From Methylobacteriaceae bacterium (GTDB lineage: Bacteria; Pseudomonadota; Alphaproteobacteria; Rhizobiales; Beijerinckiaceae): a stretch of DNA of 64,000 nt. The notes beneath the pieces are model-generated. The model saw only the letters and a list, made by a program, of their open reading frames with translations. It did not search any database and was not told where the DNA came from. The stretch spans positions 4,756 to 68,755 of the forward strand of contig JAEULW010000160.1 in NCBI GenBank assembly GCA_016793505.1, in the 5' to 3' direction. A program made the translations under genes and the position numbers. Within the stretch, counting starts at the first letter, position 1, and each line of letters opens with the position of its first letter. Shown here one piece after another: positions 1 through 9,871 of the stretch.

Positions 1-234
1 GTGCGCACCGGCGACGTGATCAGCGTCGACGTCCCCGCGCGCCGCATTGCGCTCGAGGTTGCTGACGCAGAACTCTCTGCGCGCCGGGCGGCGTTGGCGA
101 CGCCGGCGCCGCGCTACGAACGCGGCTATGGCTGGATGTTCTCGCAGCACATCAGGCAAGCCGACGAAGGCTGCGATTTCGATTTCCTCGAGACCGGATT
201 CGGCGCGCCAGTCGGCGAGCCCGCGATCTATTGA
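1..234 (+). CDS. IlvD/Edd-family dehydratase, C-terminal fragment (gene continues upstream of the window)
   Basis: Frame open from base 1 to TGA 232-234. The tail RTGDVISVDVPARRIALEV...GYGWMFSQHI...GCDFDFLE resembles the C-terminus of dihydroxy-acid / sugar-acid dehydratases. Confidence 0.6.
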   Translation: MRTGDVISVDVPARRIALEVADAELSARRAALATPAPRYERGYGWMFSQHIRQADEGCDFDFLETGFGAPVGEPAIY

Positions 235-242
235 GGGCGACG

Positions 243-959
243 ATGAGCCTTTCCGAAGATGCCCGCGAGGCCCTGCGCCACGTGTCGACGGCGACGCTGT
301 GCACGGCGCTGTTCAAGCGCGGGCTGCGCCATCAGTTCATTCAGGATGTGCGGCCGCTCAATCCGAACCTGCCCAATATGGTCGGCGAAGCCTTCACGCT
401 GCGCTATATTCCGGCGCGGGAGGATCTCAATCCGCTGAGCGTGTTTCAGGATCGCGGCCATCCGCAGCGCAAGGCGGTCGAGACCTGCCCGCCGGGCGCG
501 GTGATGGTGATCGACAGCCGCAAGGACGCGCGGGCCGCGTCAGCGGGCGGCATCCTCGTCTCGCGACTGATGATGCGCGGCGTCGCCGGCGTGGTGACGG
601 ATGGCGGATTTCGCGATTCGCCGGAGATCGCCGCGCTGAGCATCCCCGCCTATCATCAGCGCCCGTCTTCGCCGACCAATCTGACGCTGCATCAGGCGGT
701 CGACATCAATGTGCCGATCGGTTGCGGCGACGCCCCGGTATGGCCCGGCGACATCGTCGTCGGCGATCGGGAGGGCGTCGTCGTCATCCCGGCGGCGCTG
801 GCCGACGAGGTGGCGCGCGAAGCGACGGAGATGACAGCGTTCGAAGATTTCGTGACCGAGAAGGTGCTGGAGGGCCGCTCGATTCTCGGCCTGTATCCGC
901 CGACCGATCCGCAGACCGGCGTCGATTTCGCCGCCTGGCGGGCGGCGAAACGGCGCTGA
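243..959 (+). CDS. RraA-family protein (RraA / 4-hydroxy-4-methyl-2-oxoglutarate aldolase-like)
   Basis: ATG 243 is preceded by GAGGG. GGILVSRLMMRGVAGVVTDGGFRD and DIVVGDREGVVVIP are typical of the RraA fold. An alternative TTG at 231 overlaps the previous stop. Confidence 0.7.
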   Translation: MSLSEDAREALRHVSTATLCTALFKRGLRHQFIQDVRPLNPNLPNMVGEAFTLRYIPAREDLNPLSVFQDRGHPQRKAVETCPPGAVMVIDSRKDARAASAGGILVSRLMMRGVAGVVTDGGFRDSPEIAALSIPAYHQRPSSPTNLTLHQAVDINVPIGCGDAPVWPGDIVVGDREGVVVIPAALADEVAREATEMTAFEDFVTEKVLEGRSILGLYPPTDPQTGVDFAAWRAAKRR

Positions 960-977
960 GGCTGCGGTGTTGCGCGG

Positions 978-1295
978 CTACTGCAGCGGCGAGAAGAAGG
1001 CCGGCCGAATGATGCGGTTCTCCATCTTTTCGATGTAGGTCGCCGTCTTCGGCACGAAGGCGAGCCAGTCAGGGTCCGCGTAGAGCCGGTCACGCCGGGT
1101 CTCGCGATCAGCGTGGCTGTCATACCGCCACATCATCATGACCTGATTCAATTCGCCGACTTCTGTGAAGAACCAGCCGACGGGCGGTCCGAGATGGCGG
1201 CAGTGAACGTCGAACCCTTCGCGATGATAGAGTTGGAGATACTCCTGAACGAGGCCGGTGCGGATCGTGTAGGTGCGTTGTTCGAAGATCGACAT
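978..1295 (-). CDS. NIPSNAP-family protein
   Basis: ATG at 1295 gives MSIFEQRTYTIRTGLVQEYLQLYHREG..., about 105 aa and NIPSNAP-like. The extension to 1472 in the ORF track is Arg/Pro-rich and unsupported. Confidence 0.6.
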   Translation of the reverse strand: MSIFEQRTYTIRTGLVQEYLQLYHREGFDVHCRHLGPPVGWFFTEVGELNQVMMMWRYDSHADRETRRDRLYADPDWLAFVPKTATYIEKMENRIIRPAFFSPLQ

Positions 1296-1567
1296 GCTGC
1301 TCCATCCCCGGCGGGCGTATTTCGCCAGCCGTCCCGTCAGCTCGACACCGTCAGGCTGAGGCCGCGGCGAGCGATGCGCAAGGGCGAGGCCGGGCGCCGC
1401 ATCGTTCGGCGGGCGCGCGCCGACGACGATTTTTTGCCGATTCCACCGTGGCGGCGGCGATGTTTGTTTCATACCTGCTGATATGAACCCGATTCTGTGT
1501 TGTCGCGCCGCGCGGGCCTGCGCTAGCCTTGCTGGAGACGGGACGCAGTTCCCGCAGGGAGGGAGCG

Positions 1568-3469
1568 ATGAAGCGCCTGAAGTCCTTGCTTCTGACAGCC
1601 TCGATTCTCGCAGCCGCGTCGATGGCCAGCGCCCTGCCGGGCTCGGCCCAGAGCATTCCGCAGAACATCCCGCGGAAGGAACTCCTCATCCTCGAAAATC
1701 CCGAAGGCACGATCAAGAACGCGGGCTGGTTCAACATCTGGGCGATCAACGCCGGCAGCCAGTCGAACGGGCTGCAGCAGGCGGCGCTCGACACGCTCTG
1801 GTACATCGACCCGGAGAAGGGCCTCGACGGGGCCTGGGACAATTCGCTGGCGGCGGAGAAGCCCGTCTACAACGCCGACTTCACCGAAATGCGCGTGAAG
1901 CTGCGGCGCGGCCTGTTCTGGTCAGACGGCGTCGAGTTCTCCTCGGCTGACGTGAAGGCGACGGTCGATCTGCAGATCAAGTTTCCGAACATGCGCTTTT
2001 CGGCGGTGCTCGCCAACAATGTCGCCTCCGTCGAGGCGCCCGACGCCGAGACGGTCATCTTCAAGCTGAAGCGGCCGAATTCACGCTTCCATGCCAACTT
2101 CACGGTGCGGTGGGGCGCGATCTGGATCCTGCCCAAGCACGTGTTCGAGAAGGTCGAAGATCCAACGAAATTCGACTTCAACAAGCCGGTTTCGCTGTCG
2201 GCCTACACGCTGAACAGCTTCGATCCGGACGGCAAGTGGTACATCTGGCAGCTGCGTGAAGACTGGCAGCGCACCTCGCTCGGCCGTTTCGGCAAGCCGG
2301 GGCCGAAATATCTCGCCTATGTCGATCCCGGCCCGCCGGACAAGCGCGTCATCGCGCAGCTCAATCACGAGCTCGACGTCATTCATGACATTGCGCCGGA
2401 GGGCATGTTCACGCTCGCCAAACAGAACAAGGCGACGAAGGCATGGTTCGACGGCTTTCCGTACGGCCATCCCGATCCCACCCTCGCCAGCGTCGTTTTC
2501 AACACGCAGAACGAGCAGTTGAAGAACCGCGACGTGCGCTGGGCGCTGACGCTGATGATCGATGTGAAACGCGTGATGATGGCGGCCTATCGCGGCGCCG
2601 CCACCATCTCCGCGATCGCCGTGCCGCCGACCGGCGTTCATCCCGAAGCCTATCACAAGCCGATGGAAGAATGGGTGAAGGGCTATGAACTCGACACCGG
2701 CAAGTCGAAGATCAAGCCCTACGATCCTGGCGTCGGCAAGCAGCTTGCGGACATGTTGCGCCCCTCGATGGGCGAGGCCATACCTTCCGATCCGGCGGTC
2801 ATCGCCAACTCCTTCGGTCTTGGCTGGTGGAAGCGCGACCTCAAGGCCGCCGGCGAGTTGCTGGAGCGGGCCGGCTATCGGCGTCAGGGCAATCAATGGA
2901 TGACGCCGGACGGCAAGCCGTTCACGGTCAAGCTGATGGTCGAGGGCGATCTGCGGCCGGTGATGACCCGCGCCGGATCGATGATCGTCGAGCAATGGAA
3001 GGAGGCGGGCGTCGATGCGCGCGTCGACATCGCGCAGGGCACGCTGCTGACGCGCCGGGCAGCCGGCGACTTCGACGCCTTCATCGGCTGGTCCGTCGAG
3101 ACCTGGGGCGGACACAATGATCTCAGCTACTTTATGGACAGCTGGCATTCCGCCTTCGTCGCCGAGCCAGGCAAGCCCCAGCCGCTGCGTAACTGGCAGC
3201 GCTGGAAGCACCCCGAACTCGACAAGCTGATCGAACAGACACGCCAGATCGGCTTCGATGATCCCAAGGGCATCGAGATCGGCAAGGACTACATCAAGCT
3301 GATGGTCAACGAGATGCCGATCATCCCGCTGATGTCCTACAACGTCTTCACGGCGATGGATCACACCTACTGGACCGGCTTCCCGACCAAGAGCAACCCC
3401 TACGCCAATCCCGTCACGAACTGGGGCAATTCGCGATACATGTTCGTCAGACTGAAGCCCGCCAACTGA
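1568..3469 (+). CDS. ABC transporter substrate-binding protein, family 5 (peptide/oligosaccharide type)
   Basis: ATG 1568 follows GGGAGGGAG. Signal peptide MKRLKSLLLTASILAAASMASA. Length and sequence are typical of the SBP_bac_5 family. Confidence 0.85.
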   Translation: MKRLKSLLLTASILAAASMASALPGSAQSIPQNIPRKELLILENPEGTIKNAGWFNIWAINAGSQSNGLQQAALDTLWYIDPEKGLDGAWDNSLAAEKPVYNADFTEMRVKLRRGLFWSDGVEFSSADVKATVDLQIKFPNMRFSAVLANNVASVEAPDAETVIFKLKRPNSRFHANFTVRWGAIWILPKHVFEKVEDPTKFDFNKPVSLSAYTLNSFDPDGKWYIWQLREDWQRTSLGRFGKPGPKYLAYVDPGPPDKRVIAQLNHELDVIHDIAPEGMFTLAKQNKATKAWFDGFPYGHPDPTLASVVFNTQNEQLKNRDVRWALTLMIDVKRVMMAAYRGAATISAIAVPPTGVHPEAYHKPMEEWVKGYELDTGKSKIKPYDPGVGKQLADMLRPSMGEAIPSDPAVIANSFGLGWWKRDLKAAGELLERAGYRRQGNQWMTPDGKPFTVKLMVEGDLRPVMTRAGSMIVEQWKEAGVDARVDIAQGTLLTRRAAGDFDAFIGWSVETWGGHNDLSYFMDSWHSAFVAEPGKPQPLRNWQRWKHPELDKLIEQTRQIGFDDPKGIEIGKDYIKLMVNEMPIIPLMSYNVFTAMDHTYWTGFPTKSNPYANPVTNWGNSRYMFVRLKPAN

Positions 3470-3490
3470 TCCCGTCGACTGAGAAACGCG

Positions 3491-3512
3491 CCCCCGTCGC
3501 TCGCGACGGGGG
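3491..3512 (+). promoter_or_regulatory. Intercistronic stem-loop between the SBP and permease genes (no T-tract)
   Basis: CCCCCGTCG (3491-3499) pairs perfectly with CGACGGGGG (3504-3512) around a 4-nt loop. It is followed by AGGAGG and the permease ATG. Such hairpins are the type often proposed to stabilise the SBP message in ABC operons. Confidence 0.5.
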
Positions 3513-3527
3513 CAGGAGGCGGAGGCG

Positions 3528-4532
3528 ATGGGCGACTACATCCGCTACGCCATGAAGCGTCTCGGACAGTTCGTCCTCGTCGTATTCATCGGCGTCAATC
3601 TCGCCTATGTCATCACCCACGCAACCCCGATCGATCCGGTCGAGCAGTCGATTTCGGCGTCGACCTCCTTCGGCAACGCCGCCCCTGAAGCCATTGCCGA
3701 AATGCGCCGATCCCTGGAGGAGCTCTACGGACTGAAGGGAAGCTGGAGCGAGCAATATCTCGCTTTCTGGAGTCGGGTGATCCGCGGTGATTTCGGCCCC
3801 TCCATGTCGGCTTTTCCGACTCCGGTCTCGAGCCTGATCGCGCGCGCGATGCCATGGACCATCGGACTGCTCGTCACCTCGACGATCATCACCTGGGCGC
3901 TCGGAAACTATCTCGGCGCGCTCGCCGGATACCATCAGCGCAGCCGTGCGCTGAAGGCCTTCGGCCTCGCAGCGATGGGCCTTCATCCGGTGCCGTACTA
4001 TATCGTCGCGCTCGTGCTGTTGATCGTGTTCGGCTATGTCTGGCCCATCCTGCCAATCTCGGGCGGCGCGGCGATGAACATGCCGCAGGGCTGGAACTGG
4101 CCCTATGTCGCAAGCGTACTCAAGCATTCGGCGCTACCGGCGCTCTCGCTGATCCTCATCGGCCTCGGATCGTGGTTCCTCGGCATGCGATCTCTGGTCT
4201 CGAACATCATCACCGATGATCATGTCGTCTATGCCGAAATCGGCGGAGTCGATCGGCGACGCATCCTTCGGTCCTATGTGATGCGCAATGCGCTGGCGCC
4301 GCAACTGACGGGGCTGGCGATGTCGCTCGGCGGCATTTTCAACGGCGCGGTCATCACGGAGAAGGTCTTCGGCTATCCCGGCGTCGGCACGCTTCTGGTC
4401 GACGCCGTCTATGCGGGCGACTACGGACTGGTGCTCGGCGTCACCACCGTGTCGATCGTCGGCGTGTCGCTGGGCGTTCTGATCATCGACCTGATCTATC
4501 CGTTGATCGATCCGCGCGTGCAGGTGGACTGA
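3528..4532 (+). CDS. ABC transporter permease (DppB/OppB-like)
   Basis: Polytopic membrane protein with a binding-protein-dependent transport inner-membrane component. Its stop overlaps the next start (ATGA at 4532). Confidence 0.85.
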   Translation: MGDYIRYAMKRLGQFVLVVFIGVNLAYVITHATPIDPVEQSISASTSFGNAAPEAIAEMRRSLEELYGLKGSWSEQYLAFWSRVIRGDFGPSMSAFPTPVSSLIARAMPWTIGLLVTSTIITWALGNYLGALAGYHQRSRALKAFGLAAMGLHPVPYYIVALVLLIVFGYVWPILPISGGAAMNMPQGWNWPYVASVLKHSALPALSLILIGLGSWFLGMRSLVSNIITDDHVVYAEIGGVDRRRILRSYVMRNALAPQLTGLAMSLGGIFNGAVITEKVFGYPGVGTLLVDAVYAGDYGLVLGVTTVSIVGVSLGVLIIDLIYPLIDPRVQVD

Positions 4533-5398
4533 TGGGCGCGATCCTCAAGGACCTCCTGAAATACAACATCGAGTTTCGCGTCGGCTCCATGCTGATCGCG
4601 ATCGTGCTGGTCATGTCCGCGCTGTCATTCGTGTCGCCCTATCCGCCGTCGGACACTTTTGTGGTCGCGCCCGACGCGCCGCCGAGCGCCGCGCACTGGT
4701 TCGGCACCACGTCGCGCGGTCAGGACGTGTTCTGGCAATTGACTTTCGCCATCCGCAACACGCTGGCCTTCGGCGTTCTTGTCGCGATGCTATCGCGCGT
4801 GTTGTCGCTGTCGATCGGACTCCTGGCCGGCTACAAGGGCGGCTGGATCGATCGAATCCTGATGTCGGTGAACGACACCTTCATCGTCATCCCTCTGTTT
4901 CCGATCCTGATCCTGTTCTACTTCGTCCTTCGCGACTCCATGTCGACGTTGTTGCTCGCCGTCATCATGGCGTGCCTCGGCTGGGCCTATGACGCGCGTC
5001 TGATCCGATCGGTGGCAATGAGTCTCAAGGCGCGCGAGTTCACCCAGGTGTCCATCTACTCCGGCATGACGACGCGGGAGATCCTCGTTCGCGAACACCT
5101 GCCCTACGTGATGCCGATCGTGTTCTCGACCACGATGAACAACATGAACTGGTCGATCGGGCTTGAGGTGACGCTGGCCGTGCTCGGCTTCATGGATATC
5201 AATTCGCCGACGATCGGCGGTATGTTGTACTGGGCCAATCAGCATACGGCCGTCGTCGCCGGCATCTGGTGGTGGATCGCGTTTCCGATCGCGCTGGTCG
5301 TCGCGGCTTTCGTCGGCCTGTTTCTCCTGGCCGTTTCGATGAACGAATATATCGATCCGCGCTCGCGGCTGGCGCGGATGGGCGGAGGCGCCCGGTGA
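4532..5398 (+). CDS. ABC transporter permease (DppC/OppC-like)
   Basis: Polytopic membrane protein, translationally coupled on both sides. Confidence 0.85.
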   Translation: MGAILKDLLKYNIEFRVGSMLIAIVLVMSALSFVSPYPPSDTFVVAPDAPPSAAHWFGTTSRGQDVFWQLTFAIRNTLAFGVLVAMLSRVLSLSIGLLAGYKGGWIDRILMSVNDTFIVIPLFPILILFYFVLRDSMSTLLLAVIMACLGWAYDARLIRSVAMSLKAREFTQVSIYSGMTTREILVREHLPYVMPIVFSTTMNNMNWSIGLEVTLAVLGFMDINSPTIGGMLYWANQHTAVVAGIWWWIAFPIALVVAAFVGLFLLAVSMNEYIDPRSRLARMGGGAR

Positions 5399-6387
5399 GC
5401 GCCGCGCCGATCCTGCAGGTGCGAAACCTTCGGGCCGCGTTCCGTACGCACCATTTCGGAGTGAGGCGCGACGTTCCGGCCGTCGACGACATCTCCTTCG
5501 ATGTGCGCGCCAATGAAATCTATGGGCTTGCGGGGGAATCCTCGTCAGGCAAGACGACCCTCATCAAGACCATTGCGGGCGTGATCAAGCCGCCGCTCGA
5601 GCTCGTCGGCGGCTCGGCTCGGTTTGCTTTCCTGCCGGACTGTGAGTCACTCGCGCAGGCGTCGCCGGCGGCCGTTGCGGCGATCCGCTGGTCGAAGCTC
5701 GCCTATATCATGCAGGGTTCGATGAACGTGCTCAATCCGGTGCGCCGCATCGGCAAGACGTTCGAGGATTTCGCATTGCGGCACATCGGCTCCGCAGGCG
5801 ACTTCCAGCAACGTGTCGAGGCGCATCTCCAGCGGGTCCGGCTGGAGCCTTCCGTCCTGCGCTCCTATCCGCATGAACTGTCTGGAGGCATGCGTCAACG
5901 GGTGACGATCGCGCTGGCGACGATCTGCGCGCCGGACTTCATCATCGCCGATGAGCCGACGACAGCGCTGGACGTGATCGTCCAGAAGGACGTGTTGGCA
6001 ATGATGCGCGACATCCAGGGCGCCATGGGCGCGTCGATCCTGTTCGTCACGCACGATATGGGCGTTCACGCCGCGCTGACGGATCGGCTCGGGATCATGT
6101 ATGCGGGCCGACTCGTCGAGGAGGCGCCGACCGACGTGATTTTTCGCGGCGCCCTTCACCCTTACACGCGCCATCTGATCGCGAGCCTGCCGCGCATCGG
6201 CGATCGGTCGGAGCGGAAAAGCCTGACCGGCGTTCCGCCCAATTTGGCGAACGCGCCGCCTGGGTGCCGCTTCCATCCCAGATGTCCGCTTGCCGTCGAT
6301 ATCTGTCGCGTTCAGGCGCCCGCGATGACCGAACTGGCGACACAGCATCGCGTCGCCTGCCACGTCGTGACCGGCGAGGCGGCATGA
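5395..6387 (+). CDS. ABC transporter ATP-binding protein (DppD/OppD-like)
   Basis: GTG 5395 overlaps the previous stop (GTGA). Walker A GESSSGKTT, signature LSGGMRQR, and the C-terminal oligopeptide-type CRFHPRCP motif. Confidence 0.85.
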   Translation: MSAAPILQVRNLRAAFRTHHFGVRRDVPAVDDISFDVRANEIYGLAGESSSGKTTLIKTIAGVIKPPLELVGGSARFAFLPDCESLAQASPAAVAAIRWSKLAYIMQGSMNVLNPVRRIGKTFEDFALRHIGSAGDFQQRVEAHLQRVRLEPSVLRSYPHELSGGMRQRVTIALATICAPDFIIADEPTTALDVIVQKDVLAMMRDIQGAMGASILFVTHDMGVHAALTDRLGIMYAGRLVEEAPTDVIFRGALHPYTRHLIASLPRIGDRSERKSLTGVPPNLANAPPGCRFHPRCPLAVDICRVQAPAMTELATQHRVACHVVTGEAA

Positions 6388-7211
6388 GCCCTCTCCTTTC
6401 AGCCGAGCATGTTTCGAAGGTCTTCGTGCGGGGCGGACTATTCTCGAGGCAGCGCGTGACTGCAGTTGACGACGTCAGCTTCTCGATGGTCGCAGACGCG
6501 CCGGAGGTTCTGACGATCATTGGCGAGTCCGGCTCGGGGAAGTCGACGCTGGCGCGCATGATTCTTGGAATCCACGCACCGTCGTCGGGTCGCATCGTCT
6601 TCGAAGGCGAGGAGGTCAGCGCGCGTGTGGCGCGGGACCGACATGCATTCATGGCGAAGGTTCAACCCATCTTCCAGAATCCGTTCGAGTCGTTCAATCC
6701 GCTGAAAAAGCTGGATCGGTATCTTTTCATGACGGCCGAGCGGTTCGGACGGGCCGGGCGCGGCAATGTCGAGCGGGTTTGCGACGAAGCATTGGGCGCC
6801 GTGGGCCTGTCGCTGGCCGAGGTGCGCGGGCGATTTCCGCATGAACTGTCCGGCGGCCAGCTGCAGCGTGCGGCGATTGCGCGCGCCCTCGTGTCGAGGC
6901 CGCGCCTGATCGTTGCAGACGAGCCTGTGTCGATGGTCGACGCATCACTGCGCATGTCGATCGTCAATCTCTTCTCGCGCCTGAAGCGGGAATTCGGGCT
7001 GACGATCATCTACATCACGCATGATCTGGCCACCGCCTATCACATATCGGACCGTCTCATCATCATGCGACGTGGCCAGATCGTCGAGACGGGCGAAGCG
7101 CGCGGTGTTCTGAGCGCGCCGAAACATCCCTATTCGCAGATGCTGAAGGACGCTGTGCTCACGCCCGACAGTGCGGGAATTTTCCGGTCATCTGTCCAAT
7201 CCAGACTCTAA
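6384..7211 (+). CDS. ABC transporter ATP-binding protein (DppF/OppF-like)
   Basis: ATG 6384 overlaps the previous stop (ATGA). Walker A GESGSGKST and signature LSGGQLQR. Confidence 0.85.
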   Translation: MSPLLSAEHVSKVFVRGGLFSRQRVTAVDDVSFSMVADAPEVLTIIGESGSGKSTLARMILGIHAPSSGRIVFEGEEVSARVARDRHAFMAKVQPIFQNPFESFNPLKKLDRYLFMTAERFGRAGRGNVERVCDEALGAVGLSLAEVRGRFPHELSGGQLQRAAIARALVSRPRLIVADEPVSMVDASLRMSIVNLFSRLKREFGLTIIYITHDLATAYHISDRLIIMRRGQIVETGEARGVLSAPKHPYSQMLKDAVLTPDSAGIFRSSVQSRL

Positions 7212-7227
7212 CCTGCGAGGATCCGCC

Positions 7228-8766
7228 ATGCAGACCGCGTCGATCATGTTCGATCGGGATTTCACGATCGGCGAGACCGATCCGCGCCTCTTCGGCGCTT
7301 TTGTCGAGCACCTCGGCCGGTGCGTCTATGGCGGCATCTATGAGCCCGGGCATCCGACGGCGGACAAGCGCGGGTTCCGCAAGGATGTGCTGGCGCTGGT
7401 CCGTGAATTGGGGCCGACGATCATGCGCTATCCCGGCGGCAATTTCGTGTCGGGATACAACTGGGAAGACGGGGTCGGCCCGGTCAAGGATCGGCCCGCG
7501 CGGCTCGATCTAGCCTGGTTCTCGACCGAGCCGAATACATTCGGCACGAACGAGTTCGTCGACTGGTGCCGCGCCGCCGATGTCGAGCCGATGCTGGCGG
7601 TCAATCTGGGCACGCGGGACGGCGATGCGGCGCGCAATCTTGTCGAGTACTGCAATCATCCGGGCGGCAGCGCGTGGTCGGATCTGCGCATCCGCCATGG
7701 ATGGAAGCGGCCGCATGGAATCAAGTTCTGGTGCCTCGGCAACGAAATGGACGGGCCATGGCAGATGGAGCACAAGACGGCCTCGGAATATGGCCGCAAG
7801 GCGGTCGAGGCGGCGAAGATGATGCGATGGATCGATCCTTCCATCGAACTGGCGGCGTGCGGCTCCTCGGGTCGAAACATGCCGAGCTATGGACGTTGGG
7901 AGGACGAGGTGCTCGAGCATACGTTCGAGCAGGTCGAGTACATCTCGCTGCACACCTATTTCAACAACTACGCCGACGATCTGCCGGCGTTTCTGGCAAG
8001 CCCGGACATCATGGATCGCTTCATCGAGGAGGTGGTGGCGATCGCGGATGGGGTGGCCGCGCGTCGGCGCTCGCACAAGAAGATCATGCTGTCGTTCGAC
8101 GAATGGAATGTCTGGTATCGGACGCGGCGCAAGCGCGCTGATCGCGTCAAGGAGGGTTGGCCGGTTGCGCCGCCGATCCTGGAGGAAATCTATTCGATGG
8201 AGGATGCGCTGGTCTTCGGCGGCGCCTGCATTTCGCTGCTCAATCACGCCGATCGCGTGAAGACGGCGTGTCTTGCGCAGCTCGTCAATGTCATCGCGCC
8301 GATCATGACCCAGACCGGCGGACCGGCCTGGCGGCAGACCATCTTTTGGCCGTTTGCGCAGATGAGTCGTCTGGGGCGGGGCGCCGTGCTGAGGGCGAAA
8401 GTCGACTCGAAGAGCTATTCAGCATCCTACTATGACCCGCGCGGGCCCCAGGATCTGCATTTTCCGGTCGAGGCGCCCTATCTGAAGGCGGCCGTCGTGG
8501 CGGACGGGGAAGGCGGCGTCAGTCTTTTCCTCCTCAATCGCCATCTGACGGAGGCCATGAAGGTTTCGATCGATGCGCGCGGTTTCGGGAAGCTCGGCGT
8601 CAAGGAGGCGACAGAGTTGCAGCACAAGGATCTCAAGGCGGTCAATGACAGCAAGAACCCGCTTCGCGTCCAGCCGGCGGCGTTGAAGGACGTTCGCGCC
8701 GCCCGGCAAGGAATTGTCGCGGAGCTCAAGCCGGCGTCATGGAATGTGCTCCGATTGACGCCGTGA
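7228..8766 (+). CDS. abfA: Alpha-L-arabinofuranosidase, GH51 family
   Basis: MQTASIMFDRDFTIGETDPRLFGAFVEHLGRCVYGGIYEPGHP...RYPGGNFVSGYNWEDGVGP...WCLGNEMDGPWQ is a close match to the GH51 AbfA pattern. Confidence 0.85.
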   Translation: MQTASIMFDRDFTIGETDPRLFGAFVEHLGRCVYGGIYEPGHPTADKRGFRKDVLALVRELGPTIMRYPGGNFVSGYNWEDGVGPVKDRPARLDLAWFSTEPNTFGTNEFVDWCRAADVEPMLAVNLGTRDGDAARNLVEYCNHPGGSAWSDLRIRHGWKRPHGIKFWCLGNEMDGPWQMEHKTASEYGRKAVEAAKMMRWIDPSIELAACGSSGRNMPSYGRWEDEVLEHTFEQVEYISLHTYFNNYADDLPAFLASPDIMDRFIEEVVAIADGVAARRRSHKKIMLSFDEWNVWYRTRRKRADRVKEGWPVAPPILEEIYSMEDALVFGGACISLLNHADRVKTACLAQLVNVIAPIMTQTGGPAWRQTIFWPFAQMSRLGRGAVLRAKVDSKSYSASYYDPRGPQDLHFPVEAPYLKAAVVADGEGGVSLFLLNRHLTEAMKVSIDARGFGKLGVKEATELQHKDLKAVNDSKNPLRVQPAALKDVRAARQGIVAELKPASWNVLRLTP

Positions 8767-8776
8767 GGTCGAGCCG

Positions 8777-9787
8777 ATGAAGGCGAGAACCGGCGGGCGC
8801 GCGTCCGGCCAGTCGACGCGTCGCTCGCCGCCGCGACTCGAGGATGGTCGGCCCGGGAAGTCCTTCCTCGTCGTCAACGCCGAGGGCCAGCATCATCTGT
8901 TACATGCGCTCGCCTCGCCGGTGCGGCTGCGCATCCTTCGCCTGCTGCTTCGGCAGGGCCCTCGGAACATCTCGCAGATCGCCGGAGCGCTTGAGCTGCC
9001 GCAGTCGACGATTGCGACGAATGTTCAGGTGCTGGAAGAATCGGAATTGATCACGGCCCAGCTCGGCAAGGCCGCGAAGGGTCAGCAGAAGATCTGTTCA
9101 GCGAGATACGCCGAGATCATCGTCAATCTCGATCCTGAGGACAGCAGCCGCAAGGCCAATGTCATCGAGGTTGAGATGCCGCTCGGGCTCTATACGAGTT
9201 CGAACGTGTCGGCGCCCTGCGGTCTGTGTTCGACCGAACGCATCCTGGGTGTTCTCGACGTGCCGGAGCTGTTCCTCGATCCCGTGCGCGTTCAGGCGGC
9301 GCTGATCTGGTTCGGCCGCGGCTATGTGGAATACAAGTTCCCGAACAACGCCAAGGTGCTGAAAGCGGAAATCGCGGAGCTGGAATTCTCCATGGAGCTG
9401 TCGTCGGAAACGCCGGGCACCAATCCCGACTGGCCTTCGGACATCAGCCTCTGGGTCAACGGCGTCAAGCTTGGAACCTGGTCGAGCCCCGGCGACTATG
9501 GCGACCGCCGCGGCCTGCTGACGCCGGCCTGGTGGAAACTCGAGGGGTCGCAATACGGCATCCTGACGAGTTGGCGCGTCACACGTGACGGCGCGTTTTG
9601 CGGCGCGGAACGGATCAGCGATGTATCTGTGCGCGATCTGGCTCTCGACGAACATCATTCGATCAAGCTGCGGGTCGGCATCGACGAGCGGGGCGGCCGT
9701 CCGGGAGGGGTCAACATTTTCGGCAAGGGATTTGGCAATCACAATCAGGATATTAGAATGAGGCTCGTTCTGGCGTCACGGTCCTGA
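8777..9787 (+). CDS. ArsR-family HTH regulator with a roughly 200-aa C-terminal domain of unknown function
   Basis: Winged-helix segment LHALASPVRLRILRLLLRQGPRNISQIAGALELPQSTIATNVQVLEESELI. The exact start is uncertain. Confidence 0.7.
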   Translation: MKARTGGRASGQSTRRSPPRLEDGRPGKSFLVVNAEGQHHLLHALASPVRLRILRLLLRQGPRNISQIAGALELPQSTIATNVQVLEESELITAQLGKAAKGQQKICSARYAEIIVNLDPEDSSRKANVIEVEMPLGLYTSSNVSAPCGLCSTERILGVLDVPELFLDPVRVQAALIWFGRGYVEYKFPNNAKVLKAEIAELEFSMELSSETPGTNPDWPSDISLWVNGVKLGTWSSPGDYGDRRGLLTPAWWKLEGSQYGILTSWRVTRDGAFCGAERISDVSVRDLALDEHHSIKLRVGIDERGGRPGGVNIFGKGFGNHNQDIRMRLVLASRS

Positions 9788-9871
9788 CGCGGCAGGCGCC
9801 GCGGGCTTGCGCGCGGGACGTTCGCCAGTCAATGTCTCGCCTCGTCAAGGCGGAGACGCTCGGGGACGGAG

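Noticed and set aside
2081-3364. 427-aa minus-strand ORF antisense to the SBP gene. Similar long antisense ORFs occur at 14258-15658, 28807-30540, 38229-39185, 43043-44071, 50936-52549, 52299-53444 and 61417-62892.
   Set aside because: These are typical shadow ORFs of high-GC DNA: Arg/Ala/Gly/Pro-rich translations with no recognisable domains. Each is fully overlapped by a gene with clear family features on the other strand.
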